Shown here piece after piece: positions 27,701-39,654 of a stretch of DNA of 64,000 nt (its first letter is position 1; each line of letters begins with the position of its first letter). The position numbers and the translations under genes were made by a program. This DNA comes from Ylistrum balloti. Its lineage: Eukaryota. Below the pieces are notes generated by a model that searched no databases, was not told the origin of the DNA, and was given only the letters and a program-made list of their open reading frames with translations. Location: contig NW_026781969.1 in assembly GCF_031769215.1 (NCBI RefSeq), forward strand, positions 124,001 to 188,000, given 5' to 3'.

Positions 27701-28221
27701 TAACGTTGTTGTTAATATGAACAGCAAACTATTTACCTGTATAATTTCTGCCGATAACAAATAAAAAAGAAATTTACCTGAAGAATTTCTGTCGATAACA
27801 ATTAAAAAGAAACATTTACCTGTCGAAGCTCTGACGATAACAAAACAAAAGAAAACTAAACCTGTATAATTTCTGCCGAAAACAAAATAAATGACATGTT
27901 TACCTGAAGCATCTTGGCCAAAGACAGATTCTTGTACTTTTTCCATTTTCTCCACATGTTTTGGCGGTCATTGCCTTCCGAATTTAATAAACATCGACCT
28001 TGCTCCTTGTTGAAGCTGATACTCCGACACAATTTAAAGACGGCGCAATATGCACTGCACTGATAAATGGTCGGTAGCTTAATACTGATAATTTCCTGAT
28101 AAGCAAACTCCATTTCCTTTACAAATGGTACTTCCAGAAAATTTTCAGCAAAACATTCTGGAGGTGTAATATGAATAAACAATACTATTGTCAGTGGCAA
28201 CAGTGTGCTCAACATAATCAT
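18736..28221 (-). CDS. Gene B: secreted PAN/Apple + EGF-like + C-type-lectin-like domain protein (about 278 aa)
   Basis: Join of 27904-28221, 25228-25315, 24493-24587, 22525-22624, 20499-20712 and a tentative 18736-18757; phases 0/1/0/1/2 all compatible. Signal peptide MIMLSTLLPLTIVLFIHITPPECFA; PAN core QCSAYCAVFKLCRSISFNKEQGRCLLNS; Cys-rich ACRGHSCAIGELCVEAGPTHICVP; long-form CTLD with six Cys (KCQESW..LCFNV..ESCARYGGELV..IW..DLCLAM..DWKVVSCNEKHGFAC). Confidence 0.85.
19520..20080 (+). mobile_element. Decayed mariner transposase fragment
   Basis: Frameshifted pieces LHTKGITPKDIH, PSYASVNRLVAEFKRGRQSL, ATPEMVNKIHDIVM, FVTMDETWVH, KQQSKQ*RHPG..KKAKTVPS. Confidence 0.85.
20499..20712 (-). CDS. 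Gene B coding exon 5 (CTLD C-terminus)
   Basis: tttgtcag acceptor, ag|gtatgt donor, phase 1-2; IKGATRGQIWTAVSF..GDDLCLAMDYMHSGYENDTLTIYDWKVVSCNEKHGFACVV. Confidence 0.87.
20775..20900 (-). mobile_element. Penelope-like tail relic
   Basis: Reverse complement atggcgggggttgtcgatg..cgcttacctttctgaaaatctggtcttattctcgttgta. Confidence 0.55.
22124..22172 (+). ncRNA. Single degenerate hammerhead ribozyme copy (GAAA to GAAT)
   Basis: aacatca CTGACGA gtcc cacat aggc GAAT cagcg GTA tgacg. Confidence 0.65.
22525..22624 (-). CDS. Gene B coding exon 4 (CTLD)
   Basis: cttcag acceptor, gtaagt donor, phase 0-1; ESCARYGGELVNMESGDDYFFHRNWIQFRLRKM. Confidence 0.88.
22985..23440. repeat. 33-bp minisatellite
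   Basis: tgatcagaaatagtgactgtctaaatacaggta. Confidence 0.95.
24493..24587 (-). CDS. Gene B coding exon 3 (CTLD N-terminus)
   Basis: ttttacag acceptor, gtgcgt donor, phase 1-0; EYSTVKCQESWGRHGDLCFNVYKDLQNWMGAN. Confidence 0.87.
24975..25130 (+). mobile_element. Penelope-like (Naiad-type) RT relic
   Basis: GFPM..PLFANFF..YEADFIE..SFSFRYI, resembling GIPMGTNCAPLLADLFLYSYEADF..FRYIDD. Confidence 0.5.
25228..25315 (-). CDS. Gene B coding exon 2 (EGF-like, 4 Cys)
   Basis: tttcacag acceptor, gtaagt donor, phase 0-1; ELGGACRGHSCAIGELCVEAGPTHICVPH. Confidence 0.85.
25775..26000 (+). mobile_element. Penelope-like tail relic
   Basis: gttgtcaatgaagc..cccggaacacctggtcttattct..gagtttccgtgta. Confidence 0.5.
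26383..26896. repeat. 43-bp minisatellite
   Basis: gtagcagctaaagtattttgtatacaaggacatgagatacagt. Confidence 0.95.
27040..27330 (-). mobile_element. LINE (CR1/L2-like) ORF2 C-terminal relic
   Basis: NKLRTYK..LSPEPYVNNIMHFSHRQ..ETGRY with frameshifts. Confidence 0.55.
27733..27903 (-). repeat. 42-bp diverged tandem array of GT..polypyrimidine..CAG + 11-nt..CAG units after gene B exon 1
   Basis: 11-nt segments at 27862-27872, 27820-27830, 27778-27788, 27737-27747, each between AG and GT, separated by 31/31/31/30-nt GT-AG spacers. Confidence 0.8.
27904..28221 (-). CDS. Gene B coding exon 1 (signal peptide + PAN/Apple)
   Basis: 106 codons from ATG 28221 to cag|gtaaac donor; acceptor tttcacag at 28247-28248 implies an upstream UTR exon. 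Confidence 0.88.
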
Positions 28222-28384
28222 TTTAAACGTTGTACAATGGCTGTTCCTGTGAAACTATTATCAAGTAGCAAAATACTGATCCGCCCATGGAAGTTAATGA
28301 TTTATAACTACAACACTTTTGCCCTGTGGTGATAGCAAAAGATCAATGGTGGAAGTGATCAATGATTCAAACAATAGATTATCA

Positions 28385-29305
28385 TGATGGTTCAATATTT
28401 GTACTGTAATATCACAGTTATAGATATCGGTCAGGATGGTTCAATATTTGTACTGTAATATCACGGTAGGATGGTTCAATATTTGTACTGTAATATCACA
28501 GTTATAGATATCGATCAGGATGGTTCAATATTTGTACTGTAATATCACGGTCAGAGATATCGATCAGGATGGTTCAATATTTGTACTGTAATATCACGGT
28601 TATAGATATCGATCAGGATAGTTCAATGTTTGTACTGTAATATTACGATAAGAGATATCGGTCATTATGGTTCAATATTTGTACTTTAATATTACGGTTA
28701 TAGATATCGGTCAGGATGGTTCAATATTTGTACTGTAATATCACAGTTAGAGATATCGATCATGATGGTTCAACATTTGTACTGTAATATCACAGTTATA
28801 GATATCGATCATGATGGTTCAATATTTGTACTGTAATATCACGGTTATAGATATCGATCAGGATGGTTCAATGTTTGTACTGTAATATTACGATAAGAGA
28901 TATCGGTCAGGATGGTTCAATATTTGTACTGTAATATCACGGTTATAGATATCGATCAGGATGGTTCAATATTTGTACTGTAATATCACAGTTATAGATG
29001 TCGGTCAGGATGGTTCAATATTTGTACTATAATATCACAGTTAGAGATATCGATCAGGATGGTTCAATATTTGTACTGTAATATCACAGTTATAGATGTC
29101 GGTCAGGATGGTTCAATATTTGTACTATAATATCACAGTTAGAGATATCGATCAGGATGGTTCAATATTTGTACTGTAATATCACAGTTATAGATGTCGG
29201 TCAGGATGGTTCAATATTTGTACTATATTATCACAGTTATAGATATCGATCAGGATGGTTCAATATTTGTACTGTAATATCACGGTTATAGATATCGGTC
29301 ATGAT
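28385..29305. repeat. 49-bp minisatellite
   Basis: gatggttcaatatttgtactgtaatatcacggttatagatatcgatcag. Confidence 0.95.
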
Positions 29306-29719
29306 GGGTTAATCTTCTGATTACTGCTGAATCGAGCCGTTGTGAGTAGGAAATAGGAAACAGAAGTCTTAACCAAGATACAATTATCGTATCTGACGCA
29401 AAATTCAAACTGTGATTGAAAAAAGAAATTACTGAAAAAACATGTTTGTTCAACAGAATGGGTTATTTTACACAAGACTTAACTTAATCGAAGGCACTCA
29501 TCACGGCCATTTTGTACATAACGGCCACTTATGTGTTTTATTACGAAATAATTATCCTGGACTTGGCGATATGAAATCATTAGATCTAGATAGTCTGGGT
29601 TACACTCAGTTTGATGGACCGGGTGGGTTACATTTATATACATAAACATACAACCGACACGTCACGAAATGTTGTTTTAAACTTAAGATCGATGAGACGC
29701 TTTCTTATGCTCGATTTAT

Positions 29720-29975
29720 CGTCTCGTGTGCAAGGCAGGACATTTCTAGTCTACTTGCAGTAGCTGACCACTACATTACGAGAGATCCATTACATGTCAT
29801 CCAGAGCGGTCTTGCTAAAGGACACAATCGCGACAGCGGAGACAGATACTTTTCACAGCTCCTTTAGAAACACAAACCGCCAGGGGCAGTGAGTGTCAAG
29901 CCGGAAAATTTTGAACTTCCCCCAAAAGTTTGGTAGCTTAACGCTTTACCAGCATTACTATTGTGTAGTCCGTTT
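29720..29975 (-). mobile_element. tRNA-derived SINE relic
   Basis: Reverse complement has an A/B-box-like head (tggtaaagcgtt..gttcaaa) and a tgtgtcctt(t)agcaagac core typical of V/CORE-type SINEs. Confidence 0.5.
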
Positions 29976-30241
29976 ATTAACAGAGGACAAAATAGCACAA
30001 TAAAATACCATACCGGTATCTGGTCCAGGAGAACATGAAAAAATGTTCTAGAAAGATAATTATTTCATGTTTCATTAACATGTAAATGAACAGGACGACC
30101 AGATACTTGGTACTGTTTAACTCAGCATTGAAAAGAGTTCAAAACTGTTTGGTAAGTTCGTTATCAGTACATTTTGCTCGGGCGATATGTGTTTGATAAA
30201 GCTGGAATCGCTTGCCCTTACGGAACACCTTTCTCCTGACA

Positions 30242-30320
30242 TACAGTAAAACACGGATAAGTCGAAGTCGACGGGACCAAATAAAATATTCGACATATCC
30301 GATGGTTCGACTTAGATATG
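30242..30320 (+). mobile_element. Truncated Tc1/pogo-type MITE end
   Basis: TA-CAGTAAAACACGGATAAGTCGAA with internal inverted copy ttcgacatatccg. Confidence 0.35.
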
Positions 30321-32434
30321 TTTTTATGAACGGAGACATTGTGCTTCGAAGATTGATCTTATTTTCATCGGTTGTCTACCGGATACGTGTCCCATATAAT
30401 GGCGTGACAGTAATGAACAAGTAATACATAAGTAAAGACACGTATTACTTTATACACTAACGATGTCTTTTATTTCAATAAACAAATATATGACGAATAT
30501 ATCAGACAAAAAATGTAAAGAGAAACGCGTGGATGCGCACCCTCTCTCATACATGTGACCTAGTCACATCGATACCTAAAGTGATACAAATAGTGTACTC
30601 ACATTTATATCCTTAAGAGTAACAAGTCCCTTCAACAATATTTTAAAATAAACCTCAATAAATACATAGTCCTGAACATTCTACATTGCTATAGTATTAA
30701 TAGCACTGAGGTGTGTTCCGAAGAGGTGAAGACCACGGCATCACTGAAGAATAACTTTACCCGTACAGAACCTTATGGGAGTAACTTCAAAATTAAACAA
30801 AACTTGTACTTATATCTTGTACATGTATATCAGTAAATGTATTCTAAATCATTAACAAATGTGTTAACTGTAAACTTTTTTTTGCAATCTGCATTCGCGC
30901 AGTAGTAATCGCTTGTTTTCTTCTTTGGTTTCCGGCAGTCACGCACATAAAATGAAATTAAAAACACACACACATTAGATTTAGTTAACAGACTACGGTA
31001 TATTTTTTTATGTTGTTTGGTTGCCTAATTCTGTATAAATTCTTATTTTCATTTGCGCACTTGTTTAAACACGGGAATTAAAGTTCGATCGAAAATTACA
31101 AAAGGGCCCGTTAACACATATACGGCTGACTGATTATACTCAGGCATTCGGACCGAAGCCAGGATTTTTTACCCGAGACTTGGTGACGCCTGAATGTTCG
31201 ACACAAAAAAGGGGAAATCTTTGTAGAAACTAGAAGGAAAAGACCTCAAAATATATTCCTCACAAACGCAATATTCGACTCAACAGTGAACGAATCATCC
31301 GTGTTTAATTTACTAAGATAAAGAAGAGAAAAAATCGGAACCGAACAAAATAATCGACTTTTTCGAGGTATTCGATTCAAGCGTGTTCGATACAAGTGAG
31401 TTTTCCCCTTTGTATCAATTAGGGATGTCAACGAATGTTCGTTCAGTATTCGAATAGAAAAATTATATTGGAATATTAGTTTTCACAATTGTAATACGGC
31501 GACGTTTGGAAGATTGCTCAAACCAATCTGTTCACTCTTAACGAAGTGTCAAACGTTCATTTGCAAAACAGTTCGTTAACTTAATCGTCAAGATTTCATT
31601 AGTGTTCATACCTGTTCTCCTGTGCAATTTATCCTGACTCTAGTCTACCGCCGAATGGTCCGAAGACACCCTATCCAGGTAAGTTTCGCGCCTCCTGCGC
31701 GTGAAACTACATCGATCAAATCCATACCTACAATACTGTGGTCAAGTTCATTCTTACTTATTGCCGAACACTTTAATTAGCCTTCAGTTAGGTCATTTTC
31801 ATTCGACGTGTATGAACAGTAATTATAAAAATAAATATCGGATGTTATCTTTCTGCAGACAACGATGAGAACTTCGAGAAAAGTGATAAGCATATTGACA
31901 CGTTACAAGAAATTCTTTGACGAAGTCAGTAAGAAGTGTTGACCAATAATTTCACTAATAGTTTTCATTAACATTTAGTTAGAATTTTGACATGATCTTG
32001 GCCTAATGCTTGTAGAGCAGGCCACCATTGTGCCGGAGGCTGTTTTAACGCTATTTTTGTGAATATCCGAAAAAATAACCGATTCCTGTCAAGAAGTACT
32101 GTCACATTTATCATATTGAAAAAAGTCACTACTACGTTTTTAAAAACAAATAAGTTTTTACGAGTTTTGAAATTTGAGAAGGTATACAGTATTTATGTCT
32201 TCATATCATTTTCTTGACATATTGTCATTCTACGCTTGCATTATGAAATAATTCATAGACCACGAAATAGGTCTTACTTCTTACAACTAATATCATCGAT
32301 AACTAATTGTGTAACGTTATTCATACTGAAAACATCCAGTCCAGACCTGCTGTGTTACGACTGCTTTCTCAAAGTGAAAGTGTGCTATACGGAATTAACA
32401 TCCGACGAATATTTGAATGATAATTTCTATCGCA

Positions 32435-34337
32435 TTGACATACTGAATATATATTTGTCAGGGATATATATATATATTTGACGGTATACACCCGTAAGAC
32501 ACTGTATACATGACAATACCTTCACAGTGAGGGATATATATGTATTTGACGGTATACACCCGTAAGACACTGTATACATGACAGTACCTTCACAGTGAGG
32601 GATATATATATATATATTTGACGGTATACACTCGTAAGACACTGTATACATGACAGTACCTTCACAGTGAGTGATATATATATATATTTGACGGAATACA
32701 CCCGTAAGACACTGTATACATGACAGTACCTTCACAGTGAGTGATATATATATATTTGACGGAATACACCCGTAAGACACTGTATACATGACAGTACCTT
32801 CACAGTGAGTGATATATATATATTTGACGGAATACACCCGTAAGACACTGTATACATGACAGTACCTTCACAGTGAGGGATATATATATATATTTGACGG
32901 AATACACCCGTAAGACACTGTATACATGACAGTACCTTCACAGTGAGTGATATATATATATTTGACGGTATACACCCGTAAGACACTGTATACATGACAG
33001 TACCTTCACAGTGAGGGATATATATATATATTTGACGGAATACACCCGTAAGACACTGTATACATGACAGTACCTTCACAGTGAGGGATATATATATATA
33101 TTTGACGGAATACACCCGTAAGACACTGTATACATGACAGTACCTTCACAGTGAGGGATATATATATATATATATATATAAGACACTGTATACATGACAA
33201 TACCTTCACAGTGAGGGATATATATGTATTTGACGGTATACACCCGTAAGACACTGTTTACATGACAGTACCTTCACAGTGAGGGATATATATATATATT
33301 TGACGGAATACACCCGTAAGACACTGTATACATGACAGTACCTTCACAGTGAGGGATATATATATATTTGACGGAATACACCCGTAAGACACTGTATACA
33401 TGACAGTACCTTCACAGTGAGGGATATATATATATATATATTTGACGGTATACACTCGTAAGACACTGTATACATGACAATACCTTCACAGTGAGGGATA
33501 TATATATATATATATATATATGACGGTATACACCCGTAAGACACTGTATACATGACAGTACCTTCACAGTGAGGGATATATATGTATTTGACGGTATACA
33601 CCCGTAAGACACTGTATACATGACAATACCTTCACAGTGAGGATATATATATATATATATATGACGGTATACACTCGTAAGACACTGTATACATGACAAT
33701 ACCTTCACAGTGAGGGATATATATGTATTTGACGGTATACACCCGTAAGACACTGTATACATGACAATACCTTCACAGTGAGGGATATATATATATATAT
33801 ATATATATGACGGTATACACCCGTAAGACACTGTATACATATATATGAGATATATATATATATATTTGACGGTATACACCCGTAAGACACTGTATACATG
33901 ACAATACCTTCACAGTGAGGGATATATATATATATATATGACGGTATACACCCGTAAGACACTGTATACATGACAATACCTTCACAGTGAGGGATATATA
34001 TATATATATATGACGGTATACACCCGTAAGACACTGTATACATGACAGTACCTTCACAGTGAGGGATATATATGTATTTGACGGTATACACCCGTAAGAC
34101 ACTGTATACATGACAATACCTTCACAGTGAGGGATATATATATATATATATGACGGTATACACTCGTAAGACACTGTATACATGACAGTACCTTCACAGT
34201 GAGGGATATATATATATTTGACGGAATACACCCGTAAGACACTGTATACATGACAGTACCTTCACAGTGAGGGATATATATGTATTTGACGGTATACACC
34301 CGTAAGACACTGTATACATGACAATACCTTCACAGTG

Positions 34338-34369
<32 letters not shown>

Positions 34370-35008
34370 GACAGTACCTTCACAGTGAGGGATATACACC
34401 TTCACGTAAGACACTGTATACATGACAGTACCTTCACAGTGAGGGATATATATATATATATATATATTTGACGGTATACACCCGTAAGACACTGTATACA
34501 TGACAGTACCTTCACAGTGAGTGATATATATATATATATATATATTTGACGGTATACACCCGTAAGACACTGTATACATGACAGTACCCTCACAGAGAGT
34601 GATATATATATATTTGACGGAATACACCCGTAAGACACTGTATACATGACAGTACCTTCACAGTGAGTGATATATATATATTTGACGGTATACACCCGTA
34701 AGACACTGTATACATGACAATACCTTCACAGTGAGGGATATATATATATATATATATATATGACGGTATACACTCGTAAGACACTGTATACATGACAGTA
34801 CCTTCACAGTGAGGGATATATATATATATATGACGGTATACACCCGTAAGACACTGTATACATGACAATACCTTCACAGTGAGGGATATATATATATTTG
34901 ACGGAATACACCCGTAAGACACTGTATACATGACAGTACCTTCACAGTGAGTGATATATATATATTTGACGGAATACACCCGTAAGACACTGTATACATG
35001 ACAGTACC
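32435..35008. repeat. 2.6-kb satellite: constant about 53-bp core plus variable (TA)n spacer
   Basis: tgacggtatacacccgtaagacactgtatacatgacagtaccttcacagtgaggg(at)n. Confidence 0.97.
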
Positions 35009-35152
35009 GCCTTAAGACAGTACTACTTCAGTAACGTGGACTTTAAACAGAAAATAAATACAACTTTCTTAACAGGCGATTAATATTGAGGTGATAACAA
35101 GTTATAACAAAGTACATTTATACTTTTAAACATCGTGAAGTAATTTCGAAGG

Positions 35153-35382
35153 AAACATCAAAAATGCTAACATCTGTAATTTTAAACAACGTGACGTCAT
35201 TAAGAATTAAACATCAACAACGCTAACTTCTATAATTTTTAACAACGTGACGTCATTACGAATTAAACATCAAAAATGCTAACGTCTGAAATTTTCAACA
35301 ATGTGACGTCATAAGAATTGAACATCAACAACGCTAACATCTGTAATTTTAAACAACATGACGTCATTCATAATTAAACATA
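35153..35382. repeat. About 60-bp repeat x4 containing TGACGTCA
   Basis: aacatcaaaaatgctaacatctgtaattttaaacaacgtgacgtcattaagaatta. Confidence 0.85.
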
Positions 35383-35554
35383 CGTTATAGCGGTGAGTTG
35401 ATTATACACGAAATAAAATATTGAATCAGGCCAGTTGAGGGTTTTTAGTTCAAATATAGAGGCTTGTCTGTTACAGGTGTTCCCTGCTTGTTGTGTAGCC
35501 TTGAATGGGGCATCACATGGACTGTTTAGAACATGTCAGTATAATATTGCCGCA

Positions 35555-35865
35555 TAAGGTATCAAACAACGTGTCCAGGTTATGACATTTCATTGTGATT
35601 GCACTATAAAATTTCTTTGCCCAAACACCCGTGGAAACCGTCACCTTGTGAAGGTGGCGTGGACGTACAACCAGATACAAATCTGGTTTGATATGGATTG
35701 TATTTAGGGGGGCCGCAATAGTTTACTCGGTTAGAGCTTTGACTTCAGGTAATCAGAGGTGCGTAATTCCACGCTGCTTACCAGTGGCAGTTTGTGTCCC
35801 TTCGACCGGTCTGAATTGTTAATGAATTCGGTTCATGTTAATAAGGTATGCCCACTTTGAATATT
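35555..35865 (+). mobile_element. SINE-derived fragments
   Basis: tRNA-like head ggggccgc..ggttagagc at about 35708; the segment ccaggttatgacatttcattgtgat..cactataaaa recurs at about 10322-10370 and, more degenerate, at about 24705. Confidence 0.45.
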
Positions 35866-36864
35866 AATTTGTGAGATGCTAGTTTACCTGTGAATATATT
35901 GAATACTAGATTAACAATGTAGGCCTATCATGCATCTTGTAATGTTTTTTATGTGTTAAGTTGTGTTTTTTTTCAGGTTTAAAAATAATACAAATTAATT
36001 TCGCAATTTGTCAGAAAACACTTGATGGATTTTTCTCTAATAACACCTACAATATTTTGTTGAATGTTTGAACCGTCATGGTTTATCGGTTTTTACAACA
36101 TATATATTTTCAGTACAATAGCAGGGACGAAGAAACAAAATAAAATAAACCGGGGAAACTTAAAAATAACCAATAAAAATGATTTAACGATAGCCGCCAA
36201 GAACCCCCCTGGAATCTCAGTGTGTAAAGTGATTACATTGTATATATTTAAACCTGTCGGCAACAGCAAAACTTAAAGTACTACAAGCTGGGGGGAAATG
36301 CCGTATCTAAAACAGATCGAAGGCTAAATAGTTGTGTAGCTTTAAAACGACCACCCATTACTAAATAATTAAGTATTCTCCTTTTGGCAACATCAATATT
36401 AATGTAACGAGGTATTACAAAGTTCATGCTCTATTTCTCATAGATATTAAAACAAACATGTTGATGTCACTTATTCCCCAGGGTTTAAATAAAGTATGCA
36501 TGATTCCTAAATAACGTATAACAATCGCTGACAAAGATTATTATCATCATCAACACATACCGTGAATAAATAATGAAATAGCATATTTCTAACATTGATT
36601 CCTGTAGCGTGTCTGTACTGATCAGGTTTTTTTGCTGTTGATAGAACGGTAGGGACAATGTTACGGTCAGCTTGTCTGATAGCCACTATAGGTTATCTCA
36701 GCTGGTTATTTGCTAATCAAATGTATATTATGAGATCCAGGTGGACAGTTTAGGATAATTTGAAATACTTACGATGGTGGAAGATAAAGAGGACTTCAAA
36801 GTAAAATGGTAAATATATATTATATATATATATATTTGCGGTATAAATATAGGTCTTGTGTGTA

Positions 36865-36940
36865 GAAACAGTAGACGCTTAATCCTTCGTGTCACCTGGT
36901 CTTATGCTTCCTCTACTTTTTCTGGAGTATCCGGGTCAAT
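36865..36940 (+). mobile_element. Penelope-like tail relic
   Basis: agacgcttaatccttcgtgtcacctggtcttat..ttttctggagtatccg. Confidence 0.45.
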
Positions 36941-37569
36941 CTTCTTCATAGTTAGCCCTAGTTCCATCGCCTTTGAATATGCGTTTCATGATTTTGTTGA
37001 CATGTTTTGTTAAAGTTTATTGGTGACGTATACAGCGACAATAAAACAGTAACATAGCAACATTCAGAGTTTTAAATAAAACCTATATTACAAGGTCTGG
37101 TTTTTTCTACATCACTGATCATCGTCTGTATATTATCTTGTTTTGAGTTGTTATAGAAACAAGCACGACATACTTGGAGTGAATAAAACATGTCTTTCAT
37201 GTCACCTCCAAAGGATATCAATTTCATCAGCTCCTTGGGGACGGTAAGAGAAACCGTTCTACGTGTTTAAGGTTTTTGAACCAAGCAAATACAGCTAGAT
37301 CCTGTTGGTTAAGTTCCAAGCTGCCAATACATTTTAGAGAGTGTACGTGAGCGTTGAAACATTTTTCCAGAATAACACCATTGTAGCGATGTAATCTTTC
37401 GTTCACTTTCGAAGCTCAACTCCACTTATCTGCCACACCACGAAAACACCATCATGTGTATGTACAATAGCAGTGGTCAATATGTTTTGTTATTTAAAGA
37501 CGTAATCAATATATTTGAAAGAGAAAATAAACGATTTTGCAAGATCTTTTTTATCTATTTTGATAAGCT

Positions 37570-37880
37570 CTCCGTCAATGGAGGGCGCAGTTAGTTCCCA
37601 TAGACATGTCTGTTAGGGTTAGTCTGTTGGAAGATATTACCACCAAACTCGACGAAGATGTTGTCAACCAGAAACTCGTTTTTTTAAAATGATTTCGTCC
37701 TCCTTATAAGAACACAGGCCAAATGTCTTACTCCATATTTCTGCCCGATTGCAATAATGGAGTGTACGATTGTATTCCGACGAAATTACGTAAAAAATGT
37801 ACTTTATGGGACTTGACGAGTTTGTTGTTTACTTTAAGCCAAGTAGACGAGTATATTCCGAGTCGTGACTCTTGAACAGT
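37570..37880 (-). mobile_element. Penelope-like (Naiad-type) RT relic
   Basis: SYKEDEII..EFLVDNIFVEFGGNIFQQT..MGTNCA with frameshifts. Confidence 0.7.
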
Positions 37881-39244
37881 CAAGACGTCCGTCAAGAACT
37901 CCTCTTATATATATATATACATATATTGATTTATGAGGTATTTTTCATGACTGTTCGATAATTCCTTATAACGTACCCTCGTTGCCCATTTTTGTTTCAT
38001 TCCGTACTATATAGAGAAAATAATATATTGAAACAGTATCATAATTTACCGTTTGAAAATATTGCGCTCATGCTTACAATGTGGATTAAAACATGCAACA
38101 GGTATCAGTACCAAAAACCTACTGTCAAAGTCGATGACGCCATTGTGACCTCCAGCAGCAATCATCCTTTTTACATTATCCACACGGGTTTCCAATATTA
38201 TTCCACGTTGCCCAGATTTACTCTGTCGTTATGGAGCCATCCATGTCATTCACGTCGAACATTTGTGTGATTTCCCTAGCCAGATCTATTTTGTAGGATC
38301 TCATCATGGTCATGAATTCATCTAATTCGACCATACCATTGTCTGTACAAAAACAAGACTTTAACATGTACCGAAGTGGCAATATTATCAGGTAGTGTAT
38401 AGCATTAAAAAAAATTAAAACACTTCCATTGTCATTTTTTTAACTAATGTATTTAATTTCACGACTTAGCGTTTTCTGTGATGTGATTTGGACTTGGAGA
38501 TCGTGTATGCTGTTTTTATTCCATCGCAATGACCGTCAGTGGTGACTTATATTCAATTTTATTGTTCTTTTCATTTTTTTACCTTCTTGGCGACTCGACA
38601 TGTTTTAGATTTGACGTCATACTTGAGTGTACTTCCGAGTGATGTTGATTATACGTTTTGAAGGCGATCTCCACGGATAATGAAACTTCTTATCGAGGGA
38701 TATAGAGTGACAACTTTATAAACTGGATCCGAAATATTGTCAAGTGAGACATATAGAGAAAAACAGTAATTAAATAAGTATTGATATAATAATACCATTG
38801 TTTATGTGATGACTATACAACACGTGATCTCAACATATCTTGACTAAATTAGATGATCTGACCGTACGGGGACATGGTATACGTTTTAATTACCGAAATA
38901 GACGCGATTTAAATTCCAATCAAAGCTGTCTGCAGTTATCTCCCTTTGACAAACTTTGAGTAAAATTTGCGCACTACCAAATTATTGATGATAAGTTCAG
39001 ATTGATCCGAATCAATATTACCAGAATATGTTATTAATCGATGTTTGATGCAAGATACTGCTTTGTAGACGAAAAGATACTGTAAGTACGCAAATATATC
39101 GGCACCCACATTAACATGGACCTTAAAACCGGCGTGGTAGATCATGTTGATGAGAACATTGTGTTCCTTTCCATTCTATGAAAAATACAAAGATATTTTG
39201 CAAATACCTGCATAGACCAACAAGTGAACATAATTTTGTATGGC

Positions 39245-39480
39245 CATCACCTGTTGGTACCATTGTTGTATATCTTGCTTTTATTTGAAAACGTGACATT
39301 TCTTACTTGACTGACCAAGGTTTTCAGGGCGGGTGTCGTCGATGAAGCTGAAGACGCATACACGTCTGGACCACCTGATTTTATTCTCATTGTACTTTTT
39401 CATGAGTTTCCATGTAAATCTTTCTTTTGTTCATATTATATCCTAATTTTATGGAATGTGAGTTTGGATTGCAATTATGT
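39245..39480 (+). mobile_element. Penelope-like tail relic
   Basis: accattgttg..gaaaacgtgacatt..ggcgggtgtcgtcgatgaagctgaagacgcatac..cacctgattttattctcattgta. Confidence 0.55.
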
Positions 39481-39654
39481 TGCCATGTTGGTATTTCATT
39501 GTTTTTTTTAAATATAAAACCTGTATTCTTTTCAAGGTAAACTCAGTATGAGCATTATCGTGCTGTGAAGTAAAAATACTTGTTAAATTAATAAGACTTT
39601 TTCTATTTCATCTTAAATGCCCTCACCCTCATTACCAGTAATAATGAACAACTT

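Noticed and set aside
30242-31415. Possible single 1.2-kb MITE bounded by TIR-like ends
   Set aside because: The two ends resemble the same broad family but are not reverse complements of each other.
31620-31935. Plus-strand donor (31680) and acceptor (31858) pair giving ..PIQ|TTMRTSRKVISILTRYKKFFDEV
   Set aside because: Short, with no recognisable domain and no further exons found; cannot be supported without RNA data.
32435-35008. CRISPR-like repeat-spacer appearance
   Set aside because: Spacers are only (TA)n length variants rather than unique sequences, there are no cas genes, and the context is eukaryotic.
37200-37460. Minus-strand frame LHRYNGVILEKCFNAHVHSLKC..
   Set aside because: Stops in all frames after the nearby acceptor, and no recognisable family.
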